DNA from: a virus
Virus record (IMG/VR): IMGVR_UViG_3300050026_000055
Coordinates: 1 to 64,000 of that record
Reading direction: 5' to 3' (one strand)
Length of the DNA stretch: 64,000 nt
The first letter of the stretch is position 1; each line of letters begins with the position of its first letter. Under the pieces are notes generated by a model, which was given only the letters and a program-made list of their open reading frames with translations, had not been told where the DNA came from and did no database searches. Below are positions 55,862 through 64,000 of the stretch, in pieces. The position numbers and the translations under genes are program-made.

Positions 55862-56512
55862 TTAAACAGCCGTTACCATTTTATTCCGCGCTTCATAAAA
55901 CAATGAATTGTATTTAAAAGCTGCTGGACCTGTGGCTTTACCGAATACTCTTTCGATGACCGCCTCAGAAAGAAATCCTTTCAGCAGTATTTGCATCAAA
56001 CAAGTACGCCATCCTCGATATTTTTCATTCAAAGGAATGCCGCGCTCATCGAACCGCATTATGGTAAACTCAGTCGTATATCCGTTTTGTACCCAACATG
56101 CCACTTCGGGGTACGCATTTTTGTCTTTGCGTTGTACAAGAAGTGTTAATTTATCTGGATGTGGATGTTGACGATACCAGCAATTCAAGTTGCACTCTTC
56201 TCGCAGTTTTTTGATAAACTCGCTAGAGTGCATAACCTTGCCTTTTCTAGCCTCTTCATCGGCATAATCAGCAGGATCAAGCCAGCGATAATCTTTAACC
56301 ACTTCGGCTGTCAATTCTTGCTGTCTACACAATTCTTCTTCATTTTGCTGGCTGCTGTGTTCGTGAACATGTTCAGCATATCGCTCAATCTCACCTTCTA
56401 ATTGTGGATCAAGTTTCTCCTCAAAACTGGCAGCATATGTTTCCCAAGGAGGCGCATCTTGCTTGCGAGTGCCTTGGTTTTTCATCATCTCTTGATACTG
56501 TTCTTGTTCCAT
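55862..56512 (-). CDS. hypothetical protein
   Basis: GGAGG SD, ATG 56512. Confidence 0.75.
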   Translation of the reverse strand: MEQEQYQEMMKNQGTRKQDAPPWETYAASFEEKLDPQLEGEIERYAEHVHEHSSQQNEEELCRQQELTAEVVKDYRWLDPADYADEEARKGKVMHSSEFIKKLREECNLNCWYRQHPHPDKLTLLVQRKDKNAYPEVACWVQNGYTTEFTIMRFDERGIPLNEKYRGWRTCLMQILLKGFLSEAVIERVFGKATGPAAFKYNSLFYEARNKMVTAV

Positions 56513-56810
56513 TTTCCTCCAAAAATCTACCACACCGCCGAAGGCAATCACTCTCGGCGGGGGCAGTGCCACAACTCGGCTGGCCTGCCTGACAGTGTGG
56601 CAAAAGACTGTTGCATTTACTTTGGTATAAATAGTAATCCAACTATTGATACCATTCAATACAGCAGACAAAAAATTTATTAATTTTTTCTTGACAAAAC
56701 ACCGGTGCCTATACTATTTTATACAACCTCGTTACCTGCCTAAAACCAGTTCCCCACCCATTTGCCCCCGGTGATGTAGTTGGAAATCGTGGTGCTGTTA
56801 ACGACAGTCC

Positions 56811-57596
56811 CTACCTAAACACGCCCTTGCCAACCCCGTAGAGCACCGTACCGCCAGAACCGCCACCTGAATAACTCAGCGCGTGCATCGCATTTCCCAG
56901 TGCCGTGCGGGCCGACTGCAAGCCCGTTCCACTGGTTTCAAACGTGTAGGAGTTTGTGATCCAACTTGAAATTTGCGCTGAGACCAAAGAGCTTTTTCCG
57001 TTGTTCTTCAAGACATTCAGATATTCGTAATCCTGTACTCCGTCGCGGATTAACTTGAGACGCACACTGGGAAGAATGAGCGGCGTGGTTACACCGGAGC
57101 CCATGTAACACACTGCACTGCTATTACTGCTGCCTACGCACCCTGGATAAACGAGTGTTCCATCACCCCAACCGCCAGAATAGTAAATCCCATTCCAGGG
57201 GTTCCACGTCACGCCAGACGGGACGCAATAGGGGTTGTAAGAAGGAGTGTTGCAGACATCAGCAGCATAGTAGAGTTCGCCCGTTTGTCCGTGCAAATAG
57301 GTTAGCCACTCCATCGCGCGGGCCGCTGCTGGTTTGCCATCGACGTTATAGTTCGGCCATGTGGTGTATGTGTATCCTGACGGACTAGGACCAGGTACTC
57401 CATTCGAACAGGTTCCGGCTTCTGAACACGATTGATAAGACCACTCGGTGCCAGTAAGGGCGCAGGCTGATGGGCAGCCGTTTGATGTGGGAGCGGTCGC
57501 TGTTACCGTTTGCGCCGGAAGGCTGCTGACGTTTTTCTGCGCCTGAGCGACACACGAGATAAGTAAAAGAAGCGAGATTGCTAAAATCTTTTTCAT
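56811..57596 (-). CDS. secreted DUF4091/GH123-C-terminal-like protein, apparently lacking the N-terminal part
   Basis: Signal peptide ending AQA; GDGTLVYPG; SVRLKLIRDGVQDYEYL. Confidence 0.7.
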   Translation of the reverse strand: MKKILAISLLLLISCVAQAQKNVSSLPAQTVTATAPTSNGCPSACALTGTEWSYQSCSEAGTCSNGVPGPSPSGYTYTTWPNYNVDGKPAAARAMEWLTYLHGQTGELYYAADVCNTPSYNPYCVPSGVTWNPWNGIYYSGGWGDGTLVYPGCVGSSNSSAVCYMGSGVTTPLILPSVRLKLIRDGVQDYEYLNVLKNNGKSSLVSAQISSWITNSYTFETSGTGLQSARTALGNAMHALSYSGGGSGGTVLYGVGKGVFR

Positions 57597-57649
57597 GTTA
57601 GTTCACCTGCTCTAAAGTGCAAGCTGCGTTCGCTAGTACCGTAATCTCG

Positions 57650-59401
57650 TTACCTGTAAACCCCTGCCCGATTGTTGCTCCCACGATTCGGGGGAGGCAT
57701 TGAACCACTCGGGTTAAACGTTGCGGTTACTGTGCAGTTGCTCGCTGGCATGTTGCCCGTGAAAGTTGTCGTGCCCGAACCGCCGCAACCGCTTACGGTC
57801 GCCAGGGTCGAACCGCCCGACGCTGATACTGTGCAGGAGTATGCCGTGCCGCTGCTTATACCGCTCCCAGATGGCGAGCATGACACTGTGCCTGATCCGG
57901 TGCCAGCCGTAGCCGTGCTTAGGGTGTAGGTCGATCCACCGCAGCTCTGTGTGATTGTCGGAGTAAGCCCAAGAAGCGAGCTATCAATCCCGACCGTTCC
58001 CACATTGCAATAGGTGAGGCTCACGGTATCATTCACTAAGTTTCCGCTAGTGGCCGCAGTGCGCTCGTTTTGCGCGGTGAACTTGTCACCAGTGCCAGCT
58101 TGCCCAGGGATTGCCGATGCGTTCTCATTATTCAGGGTAATAATCGAGCGTGTCCCGTTGCCTTGCGGCTGTACAGCTCCACCGCCCCAAGCGCCAGTGC
58201 AGCCACCCGCATTGCAGGTGTAGGTGTTGCCTGAAAAGAGAATACCGTTCGTCGATGACCAGGCGCGAAGGAAATAAATGCCAGACCTTCCTGGCCCCAG
58301 GTCACACTGATTATTGGTTACGGTTAAGCCTTGCAGGTCGTTATCTCCGTTGTCCGGGTCGCCGATGTGGAAGCAATGGGCATTCGTACTATTACTTGGG
58401 TCGAGCACAGATAAGCACTGGTTATTGTTCCAGGTCGTGTTGATGGAGTTGCGGGTGCGGAAGCAACGATTGTTATTGGCAATGACCGTGTTGTTATATG
58501 CCTGCGCTCCTGCGCTGCCTATTACATTCAATGGCGAAGTGTACGTACCGCTAACAGCTTCTCCCCCATCCAAGATGATACCGCGACCAAAGCTGTTATT
58601 TGGATAGCTGCTCTCGGGAAGTAGAGTGTTGGCGACCAGATTGATGTAGTTGTTGTGGACGAGGCTGTTGGCGATGTTGTAGAGCGCTATTCCTTGGCAG
58701 CTTGAAGACGTTGCCGGACAGGTCAGGTTGTTGTAGTAGACCTCAAACGGATCGTAACCCGCGCTGCTGCCCAACAGGTAAAAGTTTGCCGTTCTGGAAC
58801 TGGTGGTGTTCGCCGGGGCGGTTGAGGTGATGTTGTAAATTTGGACTGTCGGGTTCACTGAGCACTGACTTGCCGGTGGTCCCGAACTCACGAACAAATT
58901 GAAATCAGCGTCCACGCCAGAGGTGACGGTTAGGTGGTGCAACCGAAGCGGAGACGACGCGGGGCAACCCAAACCCGTGAAGTAAATTCCCGCATAAGAG
59001 TACATGCCAGCGGCGATCTGTTGGTCGTACCCTATGTCGTGGGTCACGGAGCCGTTATAAATTTCTGCATCCTGGGCGGTGCTGTTGGCGTAGATGCCGC
59101 CAGTGACCGTGTGACCGTTCAGGTTCAGCGTGATCCCTGTACCGGCCAAACTAAAACAAGCCGACTGTGCTGCCGTGTTCGTGCTATAGGGGGTGGCAGT
59201 CACGTCTTGCGTGAGATAGTAACTTCCTGCTCCAAGTGAGAGGTTGCAGGCCGAGAGCGGTGTTTGCCCGACGGTCGAGAAACTGCCACCTACGTTGCCG
59301 CAAGTGCTTTGATCGGTTCCAGTCCCGCAGCCCGCTGGTAAAGCGAAAGACAAGCGGGCTGCCAGCAGGAGAACACAAGCGAGTTGAAATAGTCGCCTCA
59401 T
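57650..59401 (-). CDS. secreted right-handed beta-helix protein with C-terminal InlB-B-like repeat
   Basis: Signal peptide; YYLTQDV...ITLNLNGHTV; Asn ladders; YTLS...GSGTV...VTATF. Confidence 0.72.
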   Translation of the reverse strand: MRRLFQLACVLLLAARLSFALPAGCGTGTDQSTCGNVGGSFSTVGQTPLSACNLSLGAGSYYLTQDVTATPYSTNTAAQSACFSLAGTGITLNLNGHTVTGGIYANSTAQDAEIYNGSVTHDIGYDQQIAAGMYSYAGIYFTGLGCPASSPLRLHHLTVTSGVDADFNLFVSSGPPASQCSVNPTVQIYNITSTAPANTTSSRTANFYLLGSSAGYDPFEVYYNNLTCPATSSSCQGIALYNIANSLVHNNYINLVANTLLPESSYPNNSFGRGIILDGGEAVSGTYTSPLNVIGSAGAQAYNNTVIANNNRCFRTRNSINTTWNNNQCLSVLDPSNSTNAHCFHIGDPDNGDNDLQGLTVTNNQCDLGPGRSGIYFLRAWSSTNGILFSGNTYTCNAGGCTGAWGGGAVQPQGNGTRSIITLNNENASAIPGQAGTGDKFTAQNERTAATSGNLVNDTVSLTYCNVGTVGIDSSLLGLTPTITQSCGGSTYTLSTATAGTGSGTVSCSPSGSGISSGTAYSCTVSASGGSTLATVSGCGGSGTTTFTGNMPASNCTVTATFNPSGSMPPPNRGSNNRAGVYR

Positions 59402-59402
59402 G

Positions 59403-61757
59403 TTATTGATGCTCCAACAGCAAGTTGAGTGCAGACCATCCAGTACTCCAACTAAGGGTTCCGGTACACCCCTTTGACCCGTTGCTGCTTATTAGTTGAT
59501 CACCCACCACAAGGTAGTTATCGTCTACGGATAACCGTGTGGTTGCACCATTAGTCCAAGTAATGCCTGGATCACCGCCGCCAGAGTTATAAAACGCGCA
59601 AATCTGCGTGTCCGGTTGTGCCGATGCCGTGACGGAGCCGCTAGACAATGCCGTGCCTGTCCCGCCGGTTACAACGGGAGTACCATCCAGCGTGCATGAT
59701 CCGCTGCTGTGCTCGAGCTCTACTATTCCGCCGTAGTTCGTCACGTTCGATAGAGTAATGGTTCGACTTCCGCCCGGAGAACTTGCCAGACAAAAAGCGT
59801 AGAAAGAATGTCCAGTACCGTCAGGAATACCGCCAGTGCCAAGCAAAGGCGTATAGGCGTTGCTTAGATCATCGACCATTGAAACACCGTAGAAGTTTGC
59901 TGCGCCCGAAAAGAATAAGGTAATTCGGTTTCCTGATGTCGAACTAAACGCCGTCAGATTGCAGGGTTCTGATGAGCAAGTGCCAAGAGGATGTGCAACG
60001 ACAAACGCCGGATTAGACGCAGCTATCGTGTACACTGCGTCATGCTCCGCGCTGGCTGCATAATTGGCTTTATACCCGATGCTCTTGAGCGTGAACGTTG
60101 AACCCGGAGAAGTGAACGCGCCTGTATAATGCGTGCCTGTTGAGCAGCTCGAAGCTGTCCCCGCTGGCGTCGAACCGTTCGCCGTGTAGCACTTGTAATC
60201 ACCACTCGATCCACCGCCAAGCGTTACCGACTGCGCCCCTCCATAGCTGCCAACTCCCGGCGAGTCAGTAATCGCACCGACTTGGAAAGTCAGATCACTT
60301 CGCACCGGAGCCGAGGTCTGGAAGTGTGCTTCCTCGCACCGTGAGGCAAAACTGGCCTTAGTGCTGGAATCTGGCACAACCGAAACGCCCGTAGTGTAAG
60401 CGGTGACTCCAGCAAGCGTGCAAGACGTTCCTTGGCAGCTTGAATAATAGGGAGTGCCGCCGCTGCACCCTGTAACGGTTTCAGTCACGTCATTGTTGAC
60501 CGTCGCTGTGGTCTGCGAATTGACCGTTACGGGAGCCGTGGGCCAATCCGTTGAGCCTGCCGAAACCGTGCAGCTACCACCCAAGGCGCAAGTCTGACCA
60601 TTGACCGTGGTGCTAGCGTTCGAGGCTGCCTTGGTGTCGGCGTAGGTCTTGACGGCTTTCTGTGACGGAACTTTCGTATCGTCAGTGCCGAGCGTTCCGG
60701 TTGTGTCCAGCTTTGCCGAAGGAATAAACGTACTTTGCGGAACTGAGCCACCGTTCGTTTGCAGATCGCCCGACGATCCGGCAGCAGGACTTCCGCCCTT
60801 GAGCGTCCACGTATCGCAATTTCCGGTCGTCAAGTGCGTGCAAGCGTAATCCTGCTGTTTCGTTCCGCCACCAGCCGGACAATCACCGTCGTAGACGCTC
60901 ACCGTTTCATACAGGGTTGATCCGGTCAAAGCCGCCATTTGAGCGCAGGTTTTCGGGCCGCCTCCAGCTACTATCGCGCTTGCCTCGAGGGTACCTGGCG
61001 TCGAGATGTTTCCAGAGCTGTCGATGGTCACCGGCGTAGTCTTCACGTCGCCGTTGCCGGCCACCACCACCACCTTGCTGGCGTTGCCGCTGCTCAGATC
61101 GGCCGCGGTGTTGGTCACCGTTGTGGCGCAGGACACAGATCCATCCGTGCCGATGGATTGTACAAATTGGCTGGGGCAGGCATTTGACTCCACCCCACCC
61201 AACGTGGATGCGGTTGGTGCTGGCAGTTGTGCTGCTGGAATCTTTGTATTTGAATCCAGTGAAGCTATGCCGCTCGCTGCGCCTACCGATGAGGTTGGAA
61301 CCTTGGTTGAATCGTAAACCGTGCAACTGGAGCCTAGAGCGCAGGTCTGACCATTTACAGAAGTGGAAGCACTGGAAGCAGCCTTCGCATCGAGCGCAGT
61401 CTGAGTGGCGGAACTGATTGGCTTGTTGGCGTCGGATGTGTTGTCCACGTTCCCCAGGCCGACATCGCCTTTAGCCTTTGCACCAACTGCTACCCAAGCC
61501 GAGCCGTTGGACCGGCAAAGCGCGGGCGTCGTCCCGCTGCCGACTGTGCAATCGGTTACGCTTGCCGCATCGCTGACGATGGTTGTGCAGCCCGAACAGG
61601 AGGCCGCAGCTGGAAGCTGATTTGCGCCTGAGCCGATGGTCTTGGGACCGAGTATTATCGTGCCCGCCGCGGATGAACCCGCCGCGGATGAAGGATTTTG
61701 TATTTGGCTAAATAGTGGCATTGATAATAGGCACATAATAATAAATAATTTTTTCAT
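59403..61757 (-). CDS. signal-peptide mosaic protein with tail-fibre-type repeats and a chitobiase-C/FN3-associated domain
   Basis: VGLGNVDNTSD, IASLD..KIP.AQLP, VPSQKAVKTY; CYTANGSTP...YTG. Confidence 0.7.
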   Translation of the reverse strand: MKKLFIIMCLLSMPLFSQIQNPSSAAGSSAAGTIILGPKTIGSGANQLPAAASCSGCTTIVSDAASVTDCTVGSGTTPALCRSNGSAWVAVGAKAKGDVGLGNVDNTSDANKPISSATQTALDAKAASSASTSVNGQTCALGSSCTVYDSTKVPTSSVGAASGIASLDSNTKIPAAQLPAPTASTLGGVESNACPSQFVQSIGTDGSVSCATTVTNTAADLSSGNASKVVVVAGNGDVKTTPVTIDSSGNISTPGTLEASAIVAGGGPKTCAQMAALTGSTLYETVSVYDGDCPAGGGTKQQDYACTHLTTGNCDTWTLKGGSPAAGSSGDLQTNGGSVPQSTFIPSAKLDTTGTLGTDDTKVPSQKAVKTYADTKAASNASTTVNGQTCALGGSCTVSAGSTDWPTAPVTVNSQTTATVNNDVTETVTGCSGGTPYYSSCQGTSCTLAGVTAYTTGVSVVPDSSTKASFASRCEEAHFQTSAPVRSDLTFQVGAITDSPGVGSYGGAQSVTLGGGSSGDYKCYTANGSTPAGTASSCSTGTHYTGAFTSPGSTFTLKSIGYKANYAASAEHDAVYTIAASNPAFVVAHPLGTCSSEPCNLTAFSSTSGNRITLFFSGAANFYGVSMVDDLSNAYTPLLGTGGIPDGTGHSFYAFCLASSPGGSRTITLSNVTNYGGIVELEHSSGSCTLDGTPVVTGGTGTALSSGSVTASAQPDTQICAFYNSGGGDPGITWTNGATTRLSVDDNYLVVGDQLISSNGSKGCTGTLSWSTGWSALNLLLEHQ

Positions 61758-61769
61758 TTAAAATCCTTG

Positions 61770-62054
61770 TTAAACAATATACAAAACATCTATTACATCG
61801 TTTTGTGTACCTATAATATACCACTCATTCAAATTAGTAACATTATTAATATTAAAGGCTCCTGCGTTAATGGACCCTCCTCCACCACCGCTTTGTGTTA
61901 CTAATTCAATGCCTTTAGTCGTTGAAACAGTAGAATCTCCAACTCTACAACTATGTGCGGCATTATTTTGAATCATTAATTGCCGTATTCCGACTTTTGT
62001 AGCTGAAATCTGTGTAGCTCCTGCTCCTAATGTTATTTGTAAAAGATTAAGCAT
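61770..62054 (-). CDS. small beta-rich virion-associated protein
   Basis: LMIQNN...VGD; GAGG SD. Confidence 0.6.
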   Translation of the reverse strand: MLNLLQITLGAGATQISATKVGIRQLMIQNNAAHSCRVGDSTVSTTKGIELVTQSGGGGGSINAGAFNINNVTNLNEWYIIGTQNDVIDVLYIV

Positions 62055-62071
62055 AATTTTTTCCTCAAGAT

Positions 62072-62097
62072 AAAAGGGGAGAATTAAGTCTCCCCTT
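62072..62097 (-). terminator. intrinsic terminator
   Basis: AAGGGGAGA-cttaat-TCTCCCCTT plus T-run. Confidence 0.65.
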
Positions 62098-62107
62098 ACT
62101 ACACAAA

Positions 62108-62731
62108 TTACTCCATAGACATTGTGAATTCAGTGATTGCACATGTCTCAGACGTATCAGATACACTATTCAAAACCGATGCACAGAACGAAATGGCCGG
62201 GGTATTATTACCAAGCGGGGGCGTTATATAGCCCGAACTCGGGGTCGAATTGGCGAACAAAGCTGTGTTCAAATTCGGACAAGTCAAAGCAGCAGTAACG
62301 GTACTAATCGAAACCGCAGCTCCACAAATCATAACCGAAGGCAAAACAGCAACTATTGTTCCAGCATTTACATCACCAAAGAATTCCTGCTCAACACAGA
62401 AATCATAGTATGTGCCTGCTGTCAATGTTCCAGATGCAGCCGTGGTAAAGGTATCAGCTGGAGAGCCAGTCAATGCCAGCCCAGACCATGCCTGCCACAA
62501 AAGACCAAGTTTCACAGTCTGAGAAGTACCGTGAGCCTTAATCCATCCACCAAGGTTAACCTTAAATCGCTTGCCCTGCATCTGATTCGCAGAAGGGCCA
62601 TTCAGATAAAGATTACCGGCAGTTTGACCAGCAAGTACACCAGCAGCATCAACCTGTATAATCTGCTCCGCTAATCCAGCAGCGGTAGTGAAAGCACTGT
62701 AAATTTCATATGCTCTTGCAACGATAGCCAT
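62108..62731 (-). CDS. putative capsid decoration protein
   Basis: Beta-rich; tandem paralogue of 62770-63405. Confidence 0.55.
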   Translation of the reverse strand: MAIVARAYEIYSAFTTAAGLAEQIIQVDAAGVLAGQTAGNLYLNGPSANQMQGKRFKVNLGGWIKAHGTSQTVKLGLLWQAWSGLALTGSPADTFTTAASGTLTAGTYYDFCVEQEFFGDVNAGTIVAVLPSVMICGAAVSISTVTAALTCPNLNTALFANSTPSSGYITPPLGNNTPAISFCASVLNSVSDTSETCAITEFTMSME

Positions 62732-62769
62732 AAAAATCTCCTTAAAAATTGTGTGTTCCTTGGTCTAAA

Positions 62770-63405
62770 TTACTCCATAGACAAAGTGAACTCAGTCAAA
62801 GCGCATGTCTCAACCAAATCAGAAACCTGCGTGTTTGTTATCGAAGCACAGAACGCTATCACCGGAAGGTTCATACCAACCGTAGGTGTAAGATAACCAG
62901 TGCTCTGTCCAGAGGCTTGCCATGCGGCACTCGCATTTAGGTTCGGACACGTTAATGGGGCAGTCACAGTGATGGTAGTCACCGGAACGCCTGCAATCGT
63001 AACCGAAGGCAGATAAGCGATTATCTTTCCGGCATTAGCATCACCAAAAAACTCCTGTTCAATTACGAAGTCATAATAAGTGCCAGCCGTAAGTGCAGCC
63101 GATGCAACCGGGGTAAACGTGTCAGCCGGTGTAGAATTCAATGCACCTGCCGAAGTATATGCCTGCCACAAAAGGCCGAATGCTACAGTCTGAGAGGCAC
63201 CGTGGGCCTTCAACCAGCCGCCAACATTAACCTTAAATCGCTTTCCAGAAAGTTTATTACCGTCAGGACAGTTGTTAAGATAAAAATTGCCAGCAGTTAG
63301 ACCGGCGATAACTCCGCTAGTACTAACAGGAATAATCTGTTCAGATGTTCCCGCAATCGACGTGTATGCGGAAAATGCAACTGGCGCTTGTGCTAGAATA
63401 GCCAT
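62770..63405 (-). CDS. putative capsid decoration protein (tandem paralogue)
   Basis: Shared GKRFKVN.GGW.KAHG, LTAGTYYDF, TEFT.SME. Confidence 0.55.
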   Translation of the reverse strand: MAILAQAPVAFSAYTSIAGTSEQIIPVSTSGVIAGLTAGNFYLNNCPDGNKLSGKRFKVNVGGWLKAHGASQTVAFGLLWQAYTSAGALNSTPADTFTPVASAALTAGTYYDFVIEQEFFGDANAGKIIAYLPSVTIAGVPVTTITVTAPLTCPNLNASAAWQASGQSTGYLTPTVGMNLPVIAFCASITNTQVSDLVETCALTEFTLSME

Positions 63406-63428
63406 AAAAATCTCCTTTACTACTTTGA

Positions 63429-63584
63429 TTACTCTTTAACCGGAACGTCAAGAACTGGAGTTAATTGGGCCAACCAATATTCACAATCCTGAACAGCACC
63501 GTTCAAAGCATTATAATTGGCGTGGACTGCTGCCATTTGATTCTTCAATTCAGCAATCCGCGCCTCAAGTGCTTCTTTATTCAT
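63429..63584 (-). CDS. small coiled-coil protein (not in ORF track)
   Basis: GGAGGAG SD; MNKEALEARIAELK...GAVQDCEYWL. Confidence 0.65.
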   Translation of the reverse strand: MNKEALEARIAELKNQMAAVHANYNALNGAVQDCEYWLAQLTPVLDVPVKE

Positions 63585-63620
63585 TTTCTCCTCCATTATT
63601 AGTATTACGCATACAACTCG

Positions 63621-64000
63621 TTACCCAAGATACTTCAGACGAAGATGAAATGAGTATTTCATTTGAGCAGCAGTATCCGAAGTATATCCAACAGCATACT
63701 GGATTACCGAAGCAGCCTTAGCATTAACTGTAGCCGAACCGGAAAGCATTGTGGTCGTCAAGTTACCAGACGAACCGGCAACACCAACTGTGCTAGGAAT
63801 CGTAGAATCATCTTTATCTGTGTAAGTAAAGACAACTCCAGTAGAACCAGTCAACGTAGATGTTCCAGCACCAGTGCTAGCAACAGTCGTTACCTTTGCT
63901 TCCCAATCAATTTTATAAAGACCCGCCATATTAGCCGGAACTGTATAAAACGTTGTTGCGCTAATCGCTGCGGCCTGTGCCAATAAATCTAGTTTAGTTA
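63621..64000 (-). CDS. virion protein, 5' end outside the window
   Basis: Open frame running to the window edge; beta-rich T/S/A composition. Confidence 0.6.
   Translation of the reverse strand, partial: TKLDLLAQAAAISATTFYTVPANMAGLYKIDWEAKVTTVASTGAGTSTLTGSTGVVFTYTDKDDSTIPSTVGVAGSSGNLTTTMLSGSATVNAKAASVIQYAVGYTSDTAAQMKYSFHLRLKYLG

Noticed and set aside
56691-56720. Plus-strand promoter antisense to the secreted-protein island
   Set aside because: TTGACA is perfect, but the good -10 hexamers are at 13 and 15 nt spacing and the 18-nt candidate is weak
56728-61757. Integron cassette array or diversity-generating retroelement
   Set aside because: No attC-like palindromes with RYYYAAC/GTTRRRY ends, no reverse transcriptase, no adenine-specific TR/VR pair
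1-64000. Stop-codon reassignment
   Set aside because: Coding density is high under the standard code, all three stops end genes, and there is no suppressor tRNA
1-64000. Short opposite-strand ORFs in the track
   Set aside because: They are shadows of longer genes, run against each arm's transcription direction and lack SD sequences

Overview
The window reads as most of a dsDNA tailed-phage genome with podovirus-like virion genes. The host may be an Acidobacteriota-type organism (weak inference). The + strand arm (1-34.8 kb) starts with tandem repeats and a run of near-consensus sigma70 promoters. It carries many small early genes, an ArdA-like protein, two tRNAs, a stand-alone receiver domain, a short tyrosine recombinase, two nucleotidyltransferases, an SF2 helicase, an intein-containing primase-helicase, RecA, a minimal protein kinase, a PP2C phosphatase, a radical SAM enzyme, a single-ring ClpB-like ATPase and nucleotide-processing enzymes. 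The - strand arm (34.9-64 kb) carries lysis, ejection, tail and decoration genes plus a GC-richer island of signal-peptide proteins. No terminase, portal, major capsid protein or DNA polymerase is recognisable in the window. Best leads: (1) a strand-polarised 8-mer, TCGGTACT, at least 15 times in the first 11.5 kb, whose 16-bp extended form links the left-end repeats to the recombinase promoter; (2) a prfB-like +1 frameshift signal (AAGGAG-GCT-CCC-TAA) that would extend an ejection protein; (3) a four-hairpin RNA leader before an ATT-initiated, catalytically altered SleB-like gene; (4) a kinase, PP2C and receiver-domain set; (5) a class 3 intein starting with Gly; (6) tail-fibre-like proteins with Sec signal peptides in a repeat-bounded island. 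All product calls come from motif recognition by eye; no searches were run.
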